Below are positions 29,329 through 38,170 of a DNA stretch of 44,740 nucleotides, one piece after another; the stretch's first letter is position 1; every line of letters starts with the position of its first letter. The stretch is from a virus (Duplodnaviria; Caudoviricetes), in IMG/VR virus record IMGVR_UViG_3300011438_000008, positions 1-44,740 of that record; one strand, given 5' to 3'. The notes beneath the pieces were generated by a model, which searched no databases, was not told where the DNA came from, and saw only the letters and a list, made by a program, of their open reading frames with translations. The translations under genes and the position numbers were made by a program.

Positions 29329-29522
29329 AAGACATGAACGGATTAGCTTTAACAGACTATACAGTCGAAGAGCTTAAAACAATTTACACTGCGCTGGGTT
29401 CTTACGTCTTTTTCAGCGCTTCAGTTACCGAAAAGGAAAAGGAAATGATCGACCAGTTCAGAACGAAACTTTGCGAGGCTGGGGCTATAGTGCGGGAGAG
29501 CGAAAGGGTTACAGATAACTAA
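29325..29522 (+). CDS. Hypothetical protein, duplicated (copy 1)
   Basis: Near-identical to 30874-31071. Confidence 0.8.
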   Translation: MKDMNGLALTDYTVEELKTIYTALGSYVFFSASVTEKEKEMIDQFRTKLCEAGAIVRESERVTDN

Positions 29523-29528
29523 CACACT

Positions 29529-30134
29529 ATGACACAATTTATTCAAACATCGAAGATTAAGCCTGCAAAATACAATCCTAAAAGCAGGACCGAAAAACTT
29601 AATGGCCTTATGAACTCCATCAAAGAGCATGGTATTATCATTCCATTGATAATTGATGCTGATAATAACTTGGTTGATGGTCACCGGCGACTTGAGTCAG
29701 CGAAGAAACTAAAAATTGAAACCGTCCCAACGATTCAAATTAAAAAGGGTATGCCGGCGGATCTTGCCTATGAGGTTGTGAACACGAATGCAAAACGACT
29801 TGCGACGGGTGATTACATCTATATCCATTTGAACGGCGGTACGATACCCAGAAAAATTCTCACTCAAATCAACGTGCTTTCTGATATTGTCGGTGATGAT
29901 GGTCTTAAAAGGCTTTCTAAGGTGGGCGCATCTTACCGAATAGCTGATTATGCGTATAGAGTGGTGAAATATTGCAACAACAAACAGGAGAAGTTTTTAA
30001 GCCGAACCATCTTTTGGATGGCTGAAAACAAAATGGCCTTTGCGGTTAGAAGAGCGATGGAAAACAGAGTAAAGCATGAGGTCATTGAAAAAGCAATCGC
30101 GGCCAACCGTCCATTAAAGTCTACTTATCAGTAA
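29529..30134 (+). CDS. ParB/Srx N-terminal domain protein
   Basis: YNPK, SIKEHGIIIPLIID..VDGHRRL. Confidence 0.85.
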   Translation: MTQFIQTSKIKPAKYNPKSRTEKLNGLMNSIKEHGIIIPLIIDADNNLVDGHRRLESAKKLKIETVPTIQIKKGMPADLAYEVVNTNAKRLATGDYIYIHLNGGTIPRKILTQINVLSDIVGDDGLKRLSKVGASYRIADYAYRVVKYCNNKQEKFLSRTIFWMAENKMAFAVRRAMENRVKHEVIEKAIAANRPLKSTYQ

Positions 30135-30144
30135 CACCCCCACT

Positions 30145-30414
30145 ATGAACGAATTAACAACACTATCAGATCAGGTCAGTAAAATTGACTATAATAAGCT
30201 TTCGAGTCAGTACGGTTGGACTGACGTGGAGATAGCTACAATTCAAAGTACCGTAGCAAAAGGGACTTCTAAAGTTGAGCTTGCTTTCTTCCTGTCATTG
30301 GCAAAGTCTGTGGGGCTGAATCCTTTTAATAAGGAAATTTGGTGCTACAAAGACAATAAGGGGAATTTGCTTATCTTCTCCGGGCGTGACGGATTCTTGA
30401 AGAAGGCCTTTTAA
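30145..30414 (+). pseudogene. Truncated Bet/RecT-like single-strand annealing protein
   Basis: ELAFFL..GLNPFNKEIW..GRDGFLKKA N-terminal motif; cut at 89 aa where the 46-bp repeat begins. Confidence 0.75.
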
Positions 30415-30452
30415 TCACTATTATCTTAACCTTAGCCTATTTCGGAGTATGA
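30407..30452 (+). repeat. 46-bp exact direct repeat, copy 2
   Basis: Identical to 29283-29328. Confidence 0.95.
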
Positions 30453-30856
30453 GAAACTTTAATCATTCAGTAAACGTGCTTGTTAAGGCGTATTTAAATA
30501 ACTGGCTTATACATAGGAAATGTACTGCTTGTGCTGTTGGAAATTTAATCTCTGAAGGTAATCCGGAAGAGTATGATTTTTATCAAGGCCGTTGGTATAG
30601 CTGGTTTCGTTCTCTTGGTCTTAATTCTATGGACCCAGACTTTAGAGATTACGACCATCCTGACGTAATAAAAACAGGCTACTCTCCTAGTGAGTTAATT
30701 AGCATTGAAAGAGCATTTGAAAGGTGTGACCGAGGCTGTAATGAAGATGATTACATGTTCAACGGCCTCATGGCTGTCGTCGATGTCCTCGCAGAAATAC
30801 ACGGAGTAGACCTAACACAAAAAGAAACGGCTAAGGCGCTGTTCGTAAAACTATAA
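30449..30856 (+). CDS. Hypothetical protein with CxxC
   Basis: CTACAVGNL, GYSPSEL..IERAFE. Confidence 0.7.
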   Translation: MRNFNHSVNVLVKAYLNNWLIHRKCTACAVGNLISEGNPEEYDFYQGRWYSWFRSLGLNSMDPDFRDYDHPDVIKTGYSPSELISIERAFERCDRGCNEDDYMFNGLMAVVDVLAEIHGVDLTQKETAKALFVKL

Positions 30857-30873
30857 ACAAACAAAAACAAAAC

Positions 30874-31071
30874 ATGAAAGACATGAACGGATTAGCTTTA
30901 ACAGACTTCACAGTCGAAGAGCTCAAAACAATTTACACTGCGTTGGGTGCTCACGTCTTTTTCAGCGCTTCAGTTACCGAAAAGGAAAAGGAAATGATCG
31001 ACCAGTTCAGAACGAAACTTTGTGAGGCTGCCGGTATTGTTCGTCAGGCTGAGAATGTTGCAAATAACTAA
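30874..31071 (+). CDS. Hypothetical protein, duplicated (copy 2)
   Basis: Paralogue of 29325-29522. Confidence 0.8.
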   Translation: MKDMNGLALTDFTVEELKTIYTALGAHVFFSASVTEKEKEMIDQFRTKLCEAAGIVRQAENVANN

Positions 31072-31072
31072 C

Positions 31073-31336
31073 ATGAAAACACTCGCACTAGTATTCGCTC
31101 TTATTCTAGCTTCATGCAATGAAGAGGACGAACCAAAGAAAGACTGTACGCCATTGAAAAGTGAAATGGAATTAGCGGGTCAAGCCCTCTTTAGTGTAGA
31201 GAGACAAAACCCTTTTAACTACGGGGCAACACCAACTAGTAAAGAAGTTGAAGAGTACAACTTACAACATGAGAAGTATTTCGATGCCTACACCCAGGCG
31301 GTTACAAACTTTCACCAGTGCAAGCATGGAAAATAA
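31073..31336 (+). CDS. Small lipoprotein
   Basis: MKTLALVFALILASC-NEEDE; start 31073. Confidence 0.7.
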   Translation: MKTLALVFALILASCNEEDEPKKDCTPLKSEMELAGQALFSVERQNPFNYGATPTSKEVEEYNLQHEKYFDAYTQAVTNFHQCKHGK

Positions 31337-31376
31337 AAATATATAGGAATTAACAACACAAACAAAATAAACAATT

Positions 31377-31910
31377 ATGGAAAATTCATTCTTACCTCCT
31401 GATTACGAAGTCACTATAAGCGGTGGCAACTACGCAAAAATCTCTCTTGGAGAAAATCGTTTCCGCATCTGTTCAAAACCTATACTTGGCTGGGTAGGAT
31501 GGAAGGACAAAAAACCTTATCGCTTTTCTTACAGCAAGAAACCGGACACACAATTCGAACAACCGCTAAAACACTTCTGGGCATTTGTTGTCTGGGATTA
31601 CTCCGACAACGGGCTGAAGATCCTTGAAGTGTCCCAGGCTACGGTTCAAAGCGCCATCGCTGATTTGTCACGATCTGAAGATTGGGGTTCTCCGTGGGAA
31701 TATGATATCAAAATTACAAAGAGCGGTAGCGATAAAAATACAAAATATTCTGTTCAGCCCACACCGAAAAAGAAAGTTTCTGACGATGTGCTGAAAGTAA
31801 CACTTGAAAAACCTATCTGGCTTGAAGCGCTTTTCTTGAAAGATGGTGACCCGTTCGCAGTGAACAACCCACACACTACGGCTATTGAACTTTCAAACTT
31901 ACCATTCTAA
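31377..31910 (+). CDS. Probable single-stranded DNA-binding protein
   Basis: GENRFRI, YDIKITKSG..TKYSV, C-terminal LPF. Confidence 0.6.
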   Translation: MENSFLPPDYEVTISGGNYAKISLGENRFRICSKPILGWVGWKDKKPYRFSYSKKPDTQFEQPLKHFWAFVVWDYSDNGLKILEVSQATVQSAIADLSRSEDWGSPWEYDIKITKSGSDKNTKYSVQPTPKKKVSDDVLKVTLEKPIWLEALFLKDGDPFAVNNPHTTAIELSNLPF

Positions 31911-32389
31911 TGGATAACTTACCATCAACAGCGCTAGGGGCTTTAAAGCTCCTGGCGTCTACCCAAACACAAGTAGACGTATTCAGCGACCAACTTATCG
32001 CTGCGGTTAAGGAAGAGGGCGCAAACCCCTTAGAAATACTTGTGCAGCTTCGTGCTATGGAGAAAGTATCCGCGCGTGTGATTAAGGAAATCATGGAAAA
32101 CGCCGTCACTATGATCGACCGATATAACGGTAGGTTTGAATTGTCTGGAAACCTGATAGAACGTGCTGAAGTTGGGACTACTTACGATTATTCAAAAACA
32201 GGCGATATTATTTTAGAACGTAGAGTAGCAATAAGAGATGCGGCTGATAGTTTGGTTAAAGAGCGAGAATCTTTTTTGAGATCTCTTAAAGAAAAAATTA
32301 CGCTAGTTGATGAAGAGAGTGGCGAAATTTATGTAGTAAGCCCTCCAATAAAAAAGTCAAAAACAGGGGTAAAAGTCACAATACGATGA
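31910..32389 (+). CDS. Hypothetical protein (recombination module)
   Basis: Coupled to SSB-like gene; GTTYDYS, VDEESGEI..PP. Confidence 0.65.
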   Translation: MDNLPSTALGALKLLASTQTQVDVFSDQLIAAVKEEGANPLEILVQLRAMEKVSARVIKEIMENAVTMIDRYNGRFELSGNLIERAEVGTTYDYSKTGDIILERRVAIRDAADSLVKERESFLRSLKEKITLVDEESGEIYVVSPPIKKSKTGVKVTIR

Positions 32390-32904
32390 TAGAAATATGG
32401 AAACCAATTGATGGATTCCCCGGATATGAGATTTCAAATCTAGGTAACGTCAAAAGTTATAAAGTAAATAAGTCTGGGCAATTAATGAAGTTCAGAAAGT
32501 CACAAGTGTACGCAACGATAGCATTGCGGGTTGATGGAATGTCAAAGGATGAAAAATTTCACAAAAAAGTTCATTTTCTTGTTGCAAAGGCCTTTGTGGA
32601 TAACCCAAATAACTACCCGGTAGTCGACCATCTTGATGCCAATAAGTGGAATAACAAGGCTACTAATCTTGAATGGGTAACAGCGCAAGAAAACAGCGCC
32701 AGAGCAAAAAAAATGGGATTGTATCAAAGTCGAGTCGGTACAAAAAACACACAAGTCAAACTCACAGAGCTAGATGTTGTTGTGATCCGCGAAACGTGGG
32801 CTAAATTTGGAAGGGGCTGCCAGAAGCACATTATGGCATATTACGGCCTAGGCTCATTTATCGTATCTGCTATCTGTCAACGCCGTCGATGGAAACACAT
32901 ATGA
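32386..32904 (+). CDS. NUMOD4-HNH homing endonuclease
   Basis: EIWKPIDGFPGYEISNLG; VHFLVAKAF..VDHLDANKWNNKATNLEW. Confidence 0.9.
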   Translation: MIEIWKPIDGFPGYEISNLGNVKSYKVNKSGQLMKFRKSQVYATIALRVDGMSKDEKFHKKVHFLVAKAFVDNPNNYPVVDHLDANKWNNKATNLEWVTAQENSARAKKMGLYQSRVGTKNTQVKLTELDVVVIRETWAKFGRGCQKHIMAYYGLGSFIVSAICQRRRWKHI

Positions 32905-33263
32905 TTAACAGGGGAATTTTACTTGCCGCAATGGTAGAGAAAATATACACACTCAAAGACAAAAGCGTTAAATTGGTTCTCGAGACTCAGGAAATTAGCC
33001 CCAACAAAGCGGGTAATGTTTTCCAGCTTATGAACCAACTCGTAAGTGTGTATATCAAACCAAACGAAATCACAGAGGACGAAATGAACAAAGTAGATGA
33101 GGTTGACCCCGCAATGCCTGTAAAGTCGCCAAGTCAACGAATGCGTAATGTTCTATTCATCCTTTGGAAACAAGATAGTCAAGGCCATCAGGATTTCGAC
33201 AGCTACTACAGATTTGAAATGAACAAGTTTATTGAAGAGCTTAAAAACAACATCACACCATGA
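32901..33263 (+). CDS. Hypothetical protein
   Basis: Start by ATGA overlap; KSPSQRMRNVLF. Confidence 0.7.
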   Translation: MINRGILLAAMVEKIYTLKDKSVKLVLETQEISPNKAGNVFQLMNQLVSVYIKPNEITEDEMNKVDEVDPAMPVKSPSQRMRNVLFILWKQDSQGHQDFDSYYRFEMNKFIEELKNNITP

Positions 33264-33394
33264 AAAGAGTATTCAAAGACCCACAAAAACAGGCTGCAAA
33301 GATTCACTTGTATAGCCTCCTGGCCTCCACCTTTGTAGCCTTAGCGATTACGTTCCTGTTTATTTACGTCGGTTGTAGAGTAATATGGGGATGA
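33260..33394 (+). CDS. 44-aa single-TM peptide
   Basis: Hand translation; ATGA-coupled at both ends. Confidence 0.55.
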   Translation: MKRVFKDPQKQAAKIHLYSLLASTFVALAITFLFIYVGCRVIWG

Positions 33395-34773
33395 ACTACA
33401 ACGAATTTTTAGAATCAAAAAAGCATAGTTCCACTAACTATGGAATTGAGCCTACTTTTATTCCTGATCATATGTTTGACTTTCAAAAGTATGTCAGCGA
33501 ATATGCTATCCGTAAAGGTCGTTGTGCCTGTTTCCTGGATACGGGTTTAGGTAAGACCATCATCGAATTAACTATAGCCACCAATTATGTCAGACATACC
33601 AATAAACCGGTATTAATCATTACACCATTAGCGGTTGCGTTTCAGTTCATTAAAGAAGCTAAGAAGTTTAACATCGGTGATATTTCTTATTGCAAAGATG
33701 GCTACTATCAAACGAAGATTGTGGTCTGCAATTATGAAAGGTTAGAACACTTTTCTCCGAATGATTTTGATTGCGTGATCCTAGATGAAAGTTCTATTCT
33801 CAAAAACTTTGAAGGGGCAATAAAAAATCAAATCACCTCTTTCCTTAAAAAAGTAAAATACCGTTACTTGTTCACTGCTACCCCTTCGCCTAATGACTAC
33901 ATCGAATTAGGAACAAGTTCGGAGTGTCTTGGTTACTTAGGTTATACTGATATGTTAAACAGGTTCTTTAAGAACAACAATAACAACACAGTTAAAATAG
34001 GCCAGGTAGCTATGGCTCGTGAAGGAGTGGAGTGGTATTTAAAACCACACGCTGAACATGACTTTTGGCGATGGGTGGCAAGCTGGTCTATCTCCATGCG
34101 CAAACCTTCTGACATTGGGTTTAGTGATGACCGTTTTATATTACCTGAATTAAACGAGATTGAAACCATCGTAAAGAATAAAAAACCTCTAGCGGTAGAT
34201 GGGCAGGAACAGCTATTCAACATGCCGGCGATGGACTTTCGGGAAATCAAGGCTGAGGTCAGGGCCACTATTGAAGAACGTTGTGCGATGGCTGTACAGT
34301 TAGCTAAACACCATAAAATTTCAGTCTATTGGGTGAACCTAAACGATGAAGCGGATTGTATTTCGGGGTTAGATAAAGACGCCGTTGAGATCCGTGGTCA
34401 AATGGACATTGACCAGAAAGAGGACATTTTAATGAACTTCAGTGAGGGGAAAATTAAGAAGTTAATCACTAAAAGTTCTATTACTGCTTTTGGACTAAAT
34501 TGGCAACACTGCAACCATACGACCTATTTCCCTACATATTCTTACGAACAGTACTACCAATCTATTCGAAGGTTTTGGAGGTTTGGCCAAACCAACAATG
34601 TGACCGTAGATCTAGTTCTTTCCGATGGCCAAAGTAGGATTATGCAAAGTTTGTTAGTCAAAAAGAACAAGGCCAACGAGATGTTTTCCAGGCTCACGAA
34701 AGAAACAAATAGCGACTTTAAAATCACTACTAAAGGATTTGATAAACCATTTTTAATACCATCCTTCATATGA
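33391..34773 (+). CDS. SF2 (SNF2-like) helicase
   Basis: DTGLGKT, LDESS, TATP, FGLNWQ, QSIRRFWRFGQ. Confidence 0.9.
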   Translation: MNYNEFLESKKHSSTNYGIEPTFIPDHMFDFQKYVSEYAIRKGRCACFLDTGLGKTIIELTIATNYVRHTNKPVLIITPLAVAFQFIKEAKKFNIGDISYCKDGYYQTKIVVCNYERLEHFSPNDFDCVILDESSILKNFEGAIKNQITSFLKKVKYRYLFTATPSPNDYIELGTSSECLGYLGYTDMLNRFFKNNNNNTVKIGQVAMAREGVEWYLKPHAEHDFWRWVASWSISMRKPSDIGFSDDRFILPELNEIETIVKNKKPLAVDGQEQLFNMPAMDFREIKAEVRATIEERCAMAVQLAKHHKISVYWVNLNDEADCISGLDKDAVEIRGQMDIDQKEDILMNFSEGKIKKLITKSSITAFGLNWQHCNHTTYFPTYSYEQYYQSIRRFWRFGQTNNVTVDLVLSDGQSRIMQSLLVKKNKANEMFSRLTKETNSDFKITTKGFDKPFLIPSFI

Positions 34774-35756
34774 CTAAAGAACAAGTAACAACTGACACTT
34801 ACACCATAGTAAATGCTGATTGTATGGATGTTGTTTCGGCGATGCCAGACAAAAGTATTGATCTTTCTATTTACTCCCCTCCTTTTGCTGGGTTATATAA
34901 CTATAGCTCCCATGAAAGGGACTTTTCCAACTGTGAAAGTGGGGAACAGTTCTTAGAACAATATGAATTTTTAGTGTCTCAAATCGCAAGAACGACTAAG
35001 CCTGGCAGGATCTCGGCGGTGCATTGTACTGATGTGTTTGATAACCGTTCGTTCCTTTGGGACTTCCCCCATGAGATTATCAGGCTACACGAAAAGTATG
35101 GTATGCACTACCGAAACAGAATAACGATATGGAAAGAGCCTTTAAAGGTCAGGATGAGGACAATGGTTCAGAGTTTAATGCACAAGTTTATTGTGGAGGA
35201 CTCAACCCGGTGTTTTACAGCCATGCCAGATTATGTGTTAATTTTTACCAATTCAGGAGAGAATGATGTTCCTGTAACCCATTTTAACGGATTATCTGAA
35301 TATGAGTATTTTGGTGACACCCCATTTTTACCCGCCCATATTGAAACGTATGGCAATTACGAAGCCTTTGCAAAGAAGTGGAGATCATTCACTGGCGACC
35401 ATCGGGAGAATAAACTAAGCCATTTGATGTGGCAACGATATGCCTCCAGTGTGTGGGATGATGTACGCATTGACAATGTGCTGCCATTCAGGGACTCAAA
35501 AGAGGAGGATGACGAAAAGCACGTTCACCCATTGCAACTCGATGTAATCGACCGGCTGGTGGTTCTGTATTCCAATCCTGGAGAGGTTATAATGACACCA
35601 TTTATGGGTGTTGGGTCTGAGGTGTACAGCCCGGTATCGTTGGGCCGAAAGGCCATAGGAGTAGAATTAAAGGAAAGCTACTTTAAACAGGCTAAAATAA
35701 ATCTGTCATTGTGTAAAAGTAGATTTATAAACGCTGCTCAATTGAGTTTAATATGA
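34770..35756 (+). CDS. DNA methyltransferase (N4-C/N6-A, beta order)
   Basis: SPPF motif IV precedes PFMGVGS motif I. Confidence 0.9.
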   Translation: MTKEQVTTDTYTIVNADCMDVVSAMPDKSIDLSIYSPPFAGLYNYSSHERDFSNCESGEQFLEQYEFLVSQIARTTKPGRISAVHCTDVFDNRSFLWDFPHEIIRLHEKYGMHYRNRITIWKEPLKVRMRTMVQSLMHKFIVEDSTRCFTAMPDYVLIFTNSGENDVPVTHFNGLSEYEYFGDTPFLPAHIETYGNYEAFAKKWRSFTGDHRENKLSHLMWQRYASSVWDDVRIDNVLPFRDSKEEDDEKHVHPLQLDVIDRLVVLYSNPGEVIMTPFMGVGSEVYSPVSLGRKAIGVELKESYFKQAKINLSLCKSRFINAAQLSLI

Positions 35757-35932
35757 CCCAGCGCCACAAGCCCAACATCAGCGAGGATTACAAGCAAGGC
35801 CAAAAGCGATGCCAGTATAAGACTATGGAAAGCATTTGTAAAAACGACGGTAATTTTTGCTTTAGCAATAGAATAGAAGATTGGATGTTTAGCCGGATTC
35901 GTAAGCATAAGAATTACCCAAACCTATTCTAA
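35753..35932 (+). CDS. Hypothetical 59-aa protein
   Basis: Hand translation; overlap-coupled both ends. Confidence 0.5.
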   Translation: MTQRHKPNISEDYKQGQKRCQYKTMESICKNDGNFCFSNRIEDWMFSRIRKHKNYPNLF

Positions 35933-36129
35933 TGACCGCCACACAGTTCATAACCACCTGCCGCCTACGCCGTAACTACCTGGAAACAAGGCTTAGAAAG
36001 TGTCAGAACTGGGACAAGAAGCAGGATTTATTGTGGCAGATAGAGAAGCTGAACATCTTCATTCAGGAGTTCGGAGGGGTTGACGCCTATCACCTGAGCT
36101 ATAAAAAAGAAAGAAAAAATAAATTTTGA
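35932..36129 (+). CDS. Hypothetical protein
   Basis: TAATG coupling. Confidence 0.6.
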   Translation: MTATQFITTCRLRRNYLETRLRKCQNWDKKQDLLWQIEKLNIFIQEFGGVDAYHLSYKKERKNKF

Positions 36130-36149
36130 TTTGTGAAAAGTAAAATAGA

Positions 36150-36610
36150 AATTCGTTCCAACGATAAACCAAACGTAGTGCATGTGCGTTTAGGTGAAAG
36201 AATTTCTATCCCTTTGTGGGCAAGTAGGGCATGCACCCCGAAAGTCTGCAAAGGGAATTTTATTTTCTAAGGTTCTGCAAAACTTGCTCAGCCTGATTTG
36301 AACCAGAAGCAAATCGAAAAGCAAGCGTCTAACAATTGAAGGCACGAAATCCGGGTAGTTCCACCGACTAACGAACCCGGTCAATGGATACCGAAAGGTA
36401 AAATAAGTGCGCCCTCGTGGTTTAATAAATTGCCTCAAGTGAGGAATTGACAGGGGAGGGATTGATTTTGATTAGGCATAATAAAGCCCAATCTGGTTTA
36501 TAGAAAGGGCTTTACATTCAATGGAGGTACTAACTCTTGCAATCAATGTCCTGAGTGCAAATGTAGTAATATCCAGGGAGAAGGGTCGGTATGTTTAACA
36601 ATTAATTTAA
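36150..36610 (+). ncRNA. Candidate structured non-coding RNA / origin region
   Basis: No sense ORF in track; many stems including TACC-GAAA-GGTA, CCGGGT/ACCCGG, CCTCA/TGAGG, AAAGCCC/GGGCTTT. Confidence 0.45.
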
Positions 36611-36614
36611 CTGT

Positions 36615-37172
36615 ATGGATTTCACAACCTGGTTTACCGAACTGAAAGCCTCTAACCTTATTTGGTGGGACGCGCTGCCGTTAGCCTATCCGAAGAAAGA
36701 CTACGTTCAATTAGCTAAAGAGTGCTACGTCCATCTGCTTTCCAACTGCCAGACAATAATGAGAAATAAGGACTGGGAGCGTATGAGAAACACCTACCAG
36801 AAGTTTCTATTGTACGGCAAAGAACGGGTAGACGTGGAGAAGTTACCGGAAGCGGAACCGGTTGTTATTCATCCAAAGGCGCTAGAGGGAGAGGCAAGGC
36901 TGCAGAAGCTGAAAGAGTGGGAGCAGCAAATTAAAGAGGCTAAAGTTGTTAACGCTGTGCCCCGAATGAGCTACGCAGAAGAGGCAGAACTGTGTGGAGT
37001 ACGAAGGCCAAAGGACAAACCGTACCCCGCCACAACCCCCGAAGAATTGAGGATTAAGGAACGTCACCTTGCCTATGTAAAATACTGCTATGAACCAATG
37101 ACAGGCCAGCCAAATAGTAATTGGATTCCAGAGGAAGAATTTAACAAACTATTTGACGAAGGATTGATTTAA
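36615..37172 (+). CDS. Hypothetical protein
   Basis: 185-aa ORF, AT-rich start context. Confidence 0.7.
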   Translation: MDFTTWFTELKASNLIWWDALPLAYPKKDYVQLAKECYVHLLSNCQTIMRNKDWERMRNTYQKFLLYGKERVDVEKLPEAEPVVIHPKALEGEARLQKLKEWEQQIKEAKVVNAVPRMSYAEEAELCGVRRPKDKPYPATTPEELRIKERHLAYVKYCYEPMTGQPNSNWIPEEEFNKLFDEGLI

Positions 37173-37397
37173 CCACCCACAGTACAGAAAGAAATGAAAA
37201 GTAAAGAAAGGCCGTGGTTATATTTTATGGTGTTTGTCTGCATGTTGGCCAGTTGTAAGGTAATTCAAATGAGATTTTAGATAAAATGAATGCTATCGAA
37301 AACTGTAAGTAATCCCCCAACCAACGGAGTAACCAAAGAGAACATGAAAGAACAAAAGAAACTTGAGCCGGAACGAATGAAAAACAGAAATAAATAG

Positions 37398-37513
37398 TAT
37401 ATTTGAAATAGCGATCCAACTTATGAAACCATCAAAAATATGCCTCGCCTTAATGTGCCTTTTGACCTTTCGGTCAGTTGGATCGCCGCATTATTGCGGG
37501 GCTACTTTTTGTT
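37398..37513 (+). promoter_or_regulatory. Promoter (TATATTTG) plus structured leader of the RAMP-like gene
   Basis: TAnnTTTG at 37398-37405; 11-bp inverted repeat 37411-37421/37476-37486; additional hairpins. Confidence 0.65.
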
Positions 37514-38089
37514 ATGAAAACATTTCAAATCAAAATCAAAGGGCTGACACCTTATATGCAGCACAGAATGGATGACACCAAACTTGAAGAATGGGAAAAG
37601 AAACGGCCTAACATTATGGAACGTGCGGAAGTGTCACACGAAGACGCTGTAAGGGCTGAGTACCATTGCTACCGAAACAAAGACGGTAAATGCTTTATTC
37701 CTTCCGAACAAATTAGAGGCTCTTTAATCGGTGCGGGAACGTACATGAAAGCGAAGGTAGGAGGTCGGGCCAAGTCTATGAAAGTGATCGTAGCCGCTAC
37801 GTTCCAGCCCACACCTGACGAAATTCTATTGCCTGACTTCGACACCATCGACAAGAGATCAGCCGTAAACAGAAACGTGAAAGCGAGGGTGATGGTCATC
37901 CGCCCAAAGTGGAATGATTGGTCAGCGTCTTTCATCCTCAACGTTTACGAAGATACAATTACAAAAGAAACGGTTTCGCAACTAATAACATATGCTGGTA
38001 ATTACGTTGGCATTGGTTCGTATAGACCAACAGCTAGCGGATTGTTCGGCAGATTTGAACTTGAAAGTATTACAAATGGAGCACTGTGA
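37514..38089 (+). CDS. Stand-alone RAMP/Cas7-like protein
   Basis: beta1 FQIKIKGLTPYMQH; FIPSEQIRGSL (cf. IPGSSLKG of Cas7/Csm3); Gly-rich loop GIGSYRPTASGLFGRF. Confidence 0.75.
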   Translation: MKTFQIKIKGLTPYMQHRMDDTKLEEWEKKRPNIMERAEVSHEDAVRAEYHCYRNKDGKCFIPSEQIRGSLIGAGTYMKAKVGGRAKSMKVIVAATFQPTPDEILLPDFDTIDKRSAVNRNVKARVMVIRPKWNDWSASFILNVYEDTITKETVSQLITYAGNYVGIGSYRPTASGLFGRFELESITNGAL

Positions 38090-38170
38090 TGTCCAGTGTA
38101 GTCGCGTTTAGTACTGTCGCGTCGAGTCCTGTCCGGTCGCGTCGAGCATGGTGGAGTTATGTAAAGCCTT
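38081..38170 (+). repeat. Pentamer-periodic array (GYNNN)x18, candidate guide RNA
   Basis: gcact gtgat gtcca gtgta gtcgc gttta gtact gtcgc gtcga gtcct gtccg gtcgc gtcga gcatg gtgga gttat gtaaa gcctt. Confidence 0.9.

Noticed and set aside
29529-30134. Plasmid-prophage partition system
   Set aside because: No ParA or parS array seen; a lone ParB/Srx domain is common in phages.
29325-31071. DGR template/variable repeat pair
   Set aside because: No reverse transcriptase seen; differences are not adenine-specific (CTT/CTC, CTG/TTG, TCT/GCT).
37439-37470. Second pentamer array on the minus strand (AGGCA/AGGCG)
   Set aside because: Only three or four units and the phase is broken.
38081-38170. 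CRISPR array or simple microsatellite
   Set aside because: No 25-40 nt repeats with spacers; units differ at three of five positions, so not a slippage repeat; period 5 is not a codon effect.
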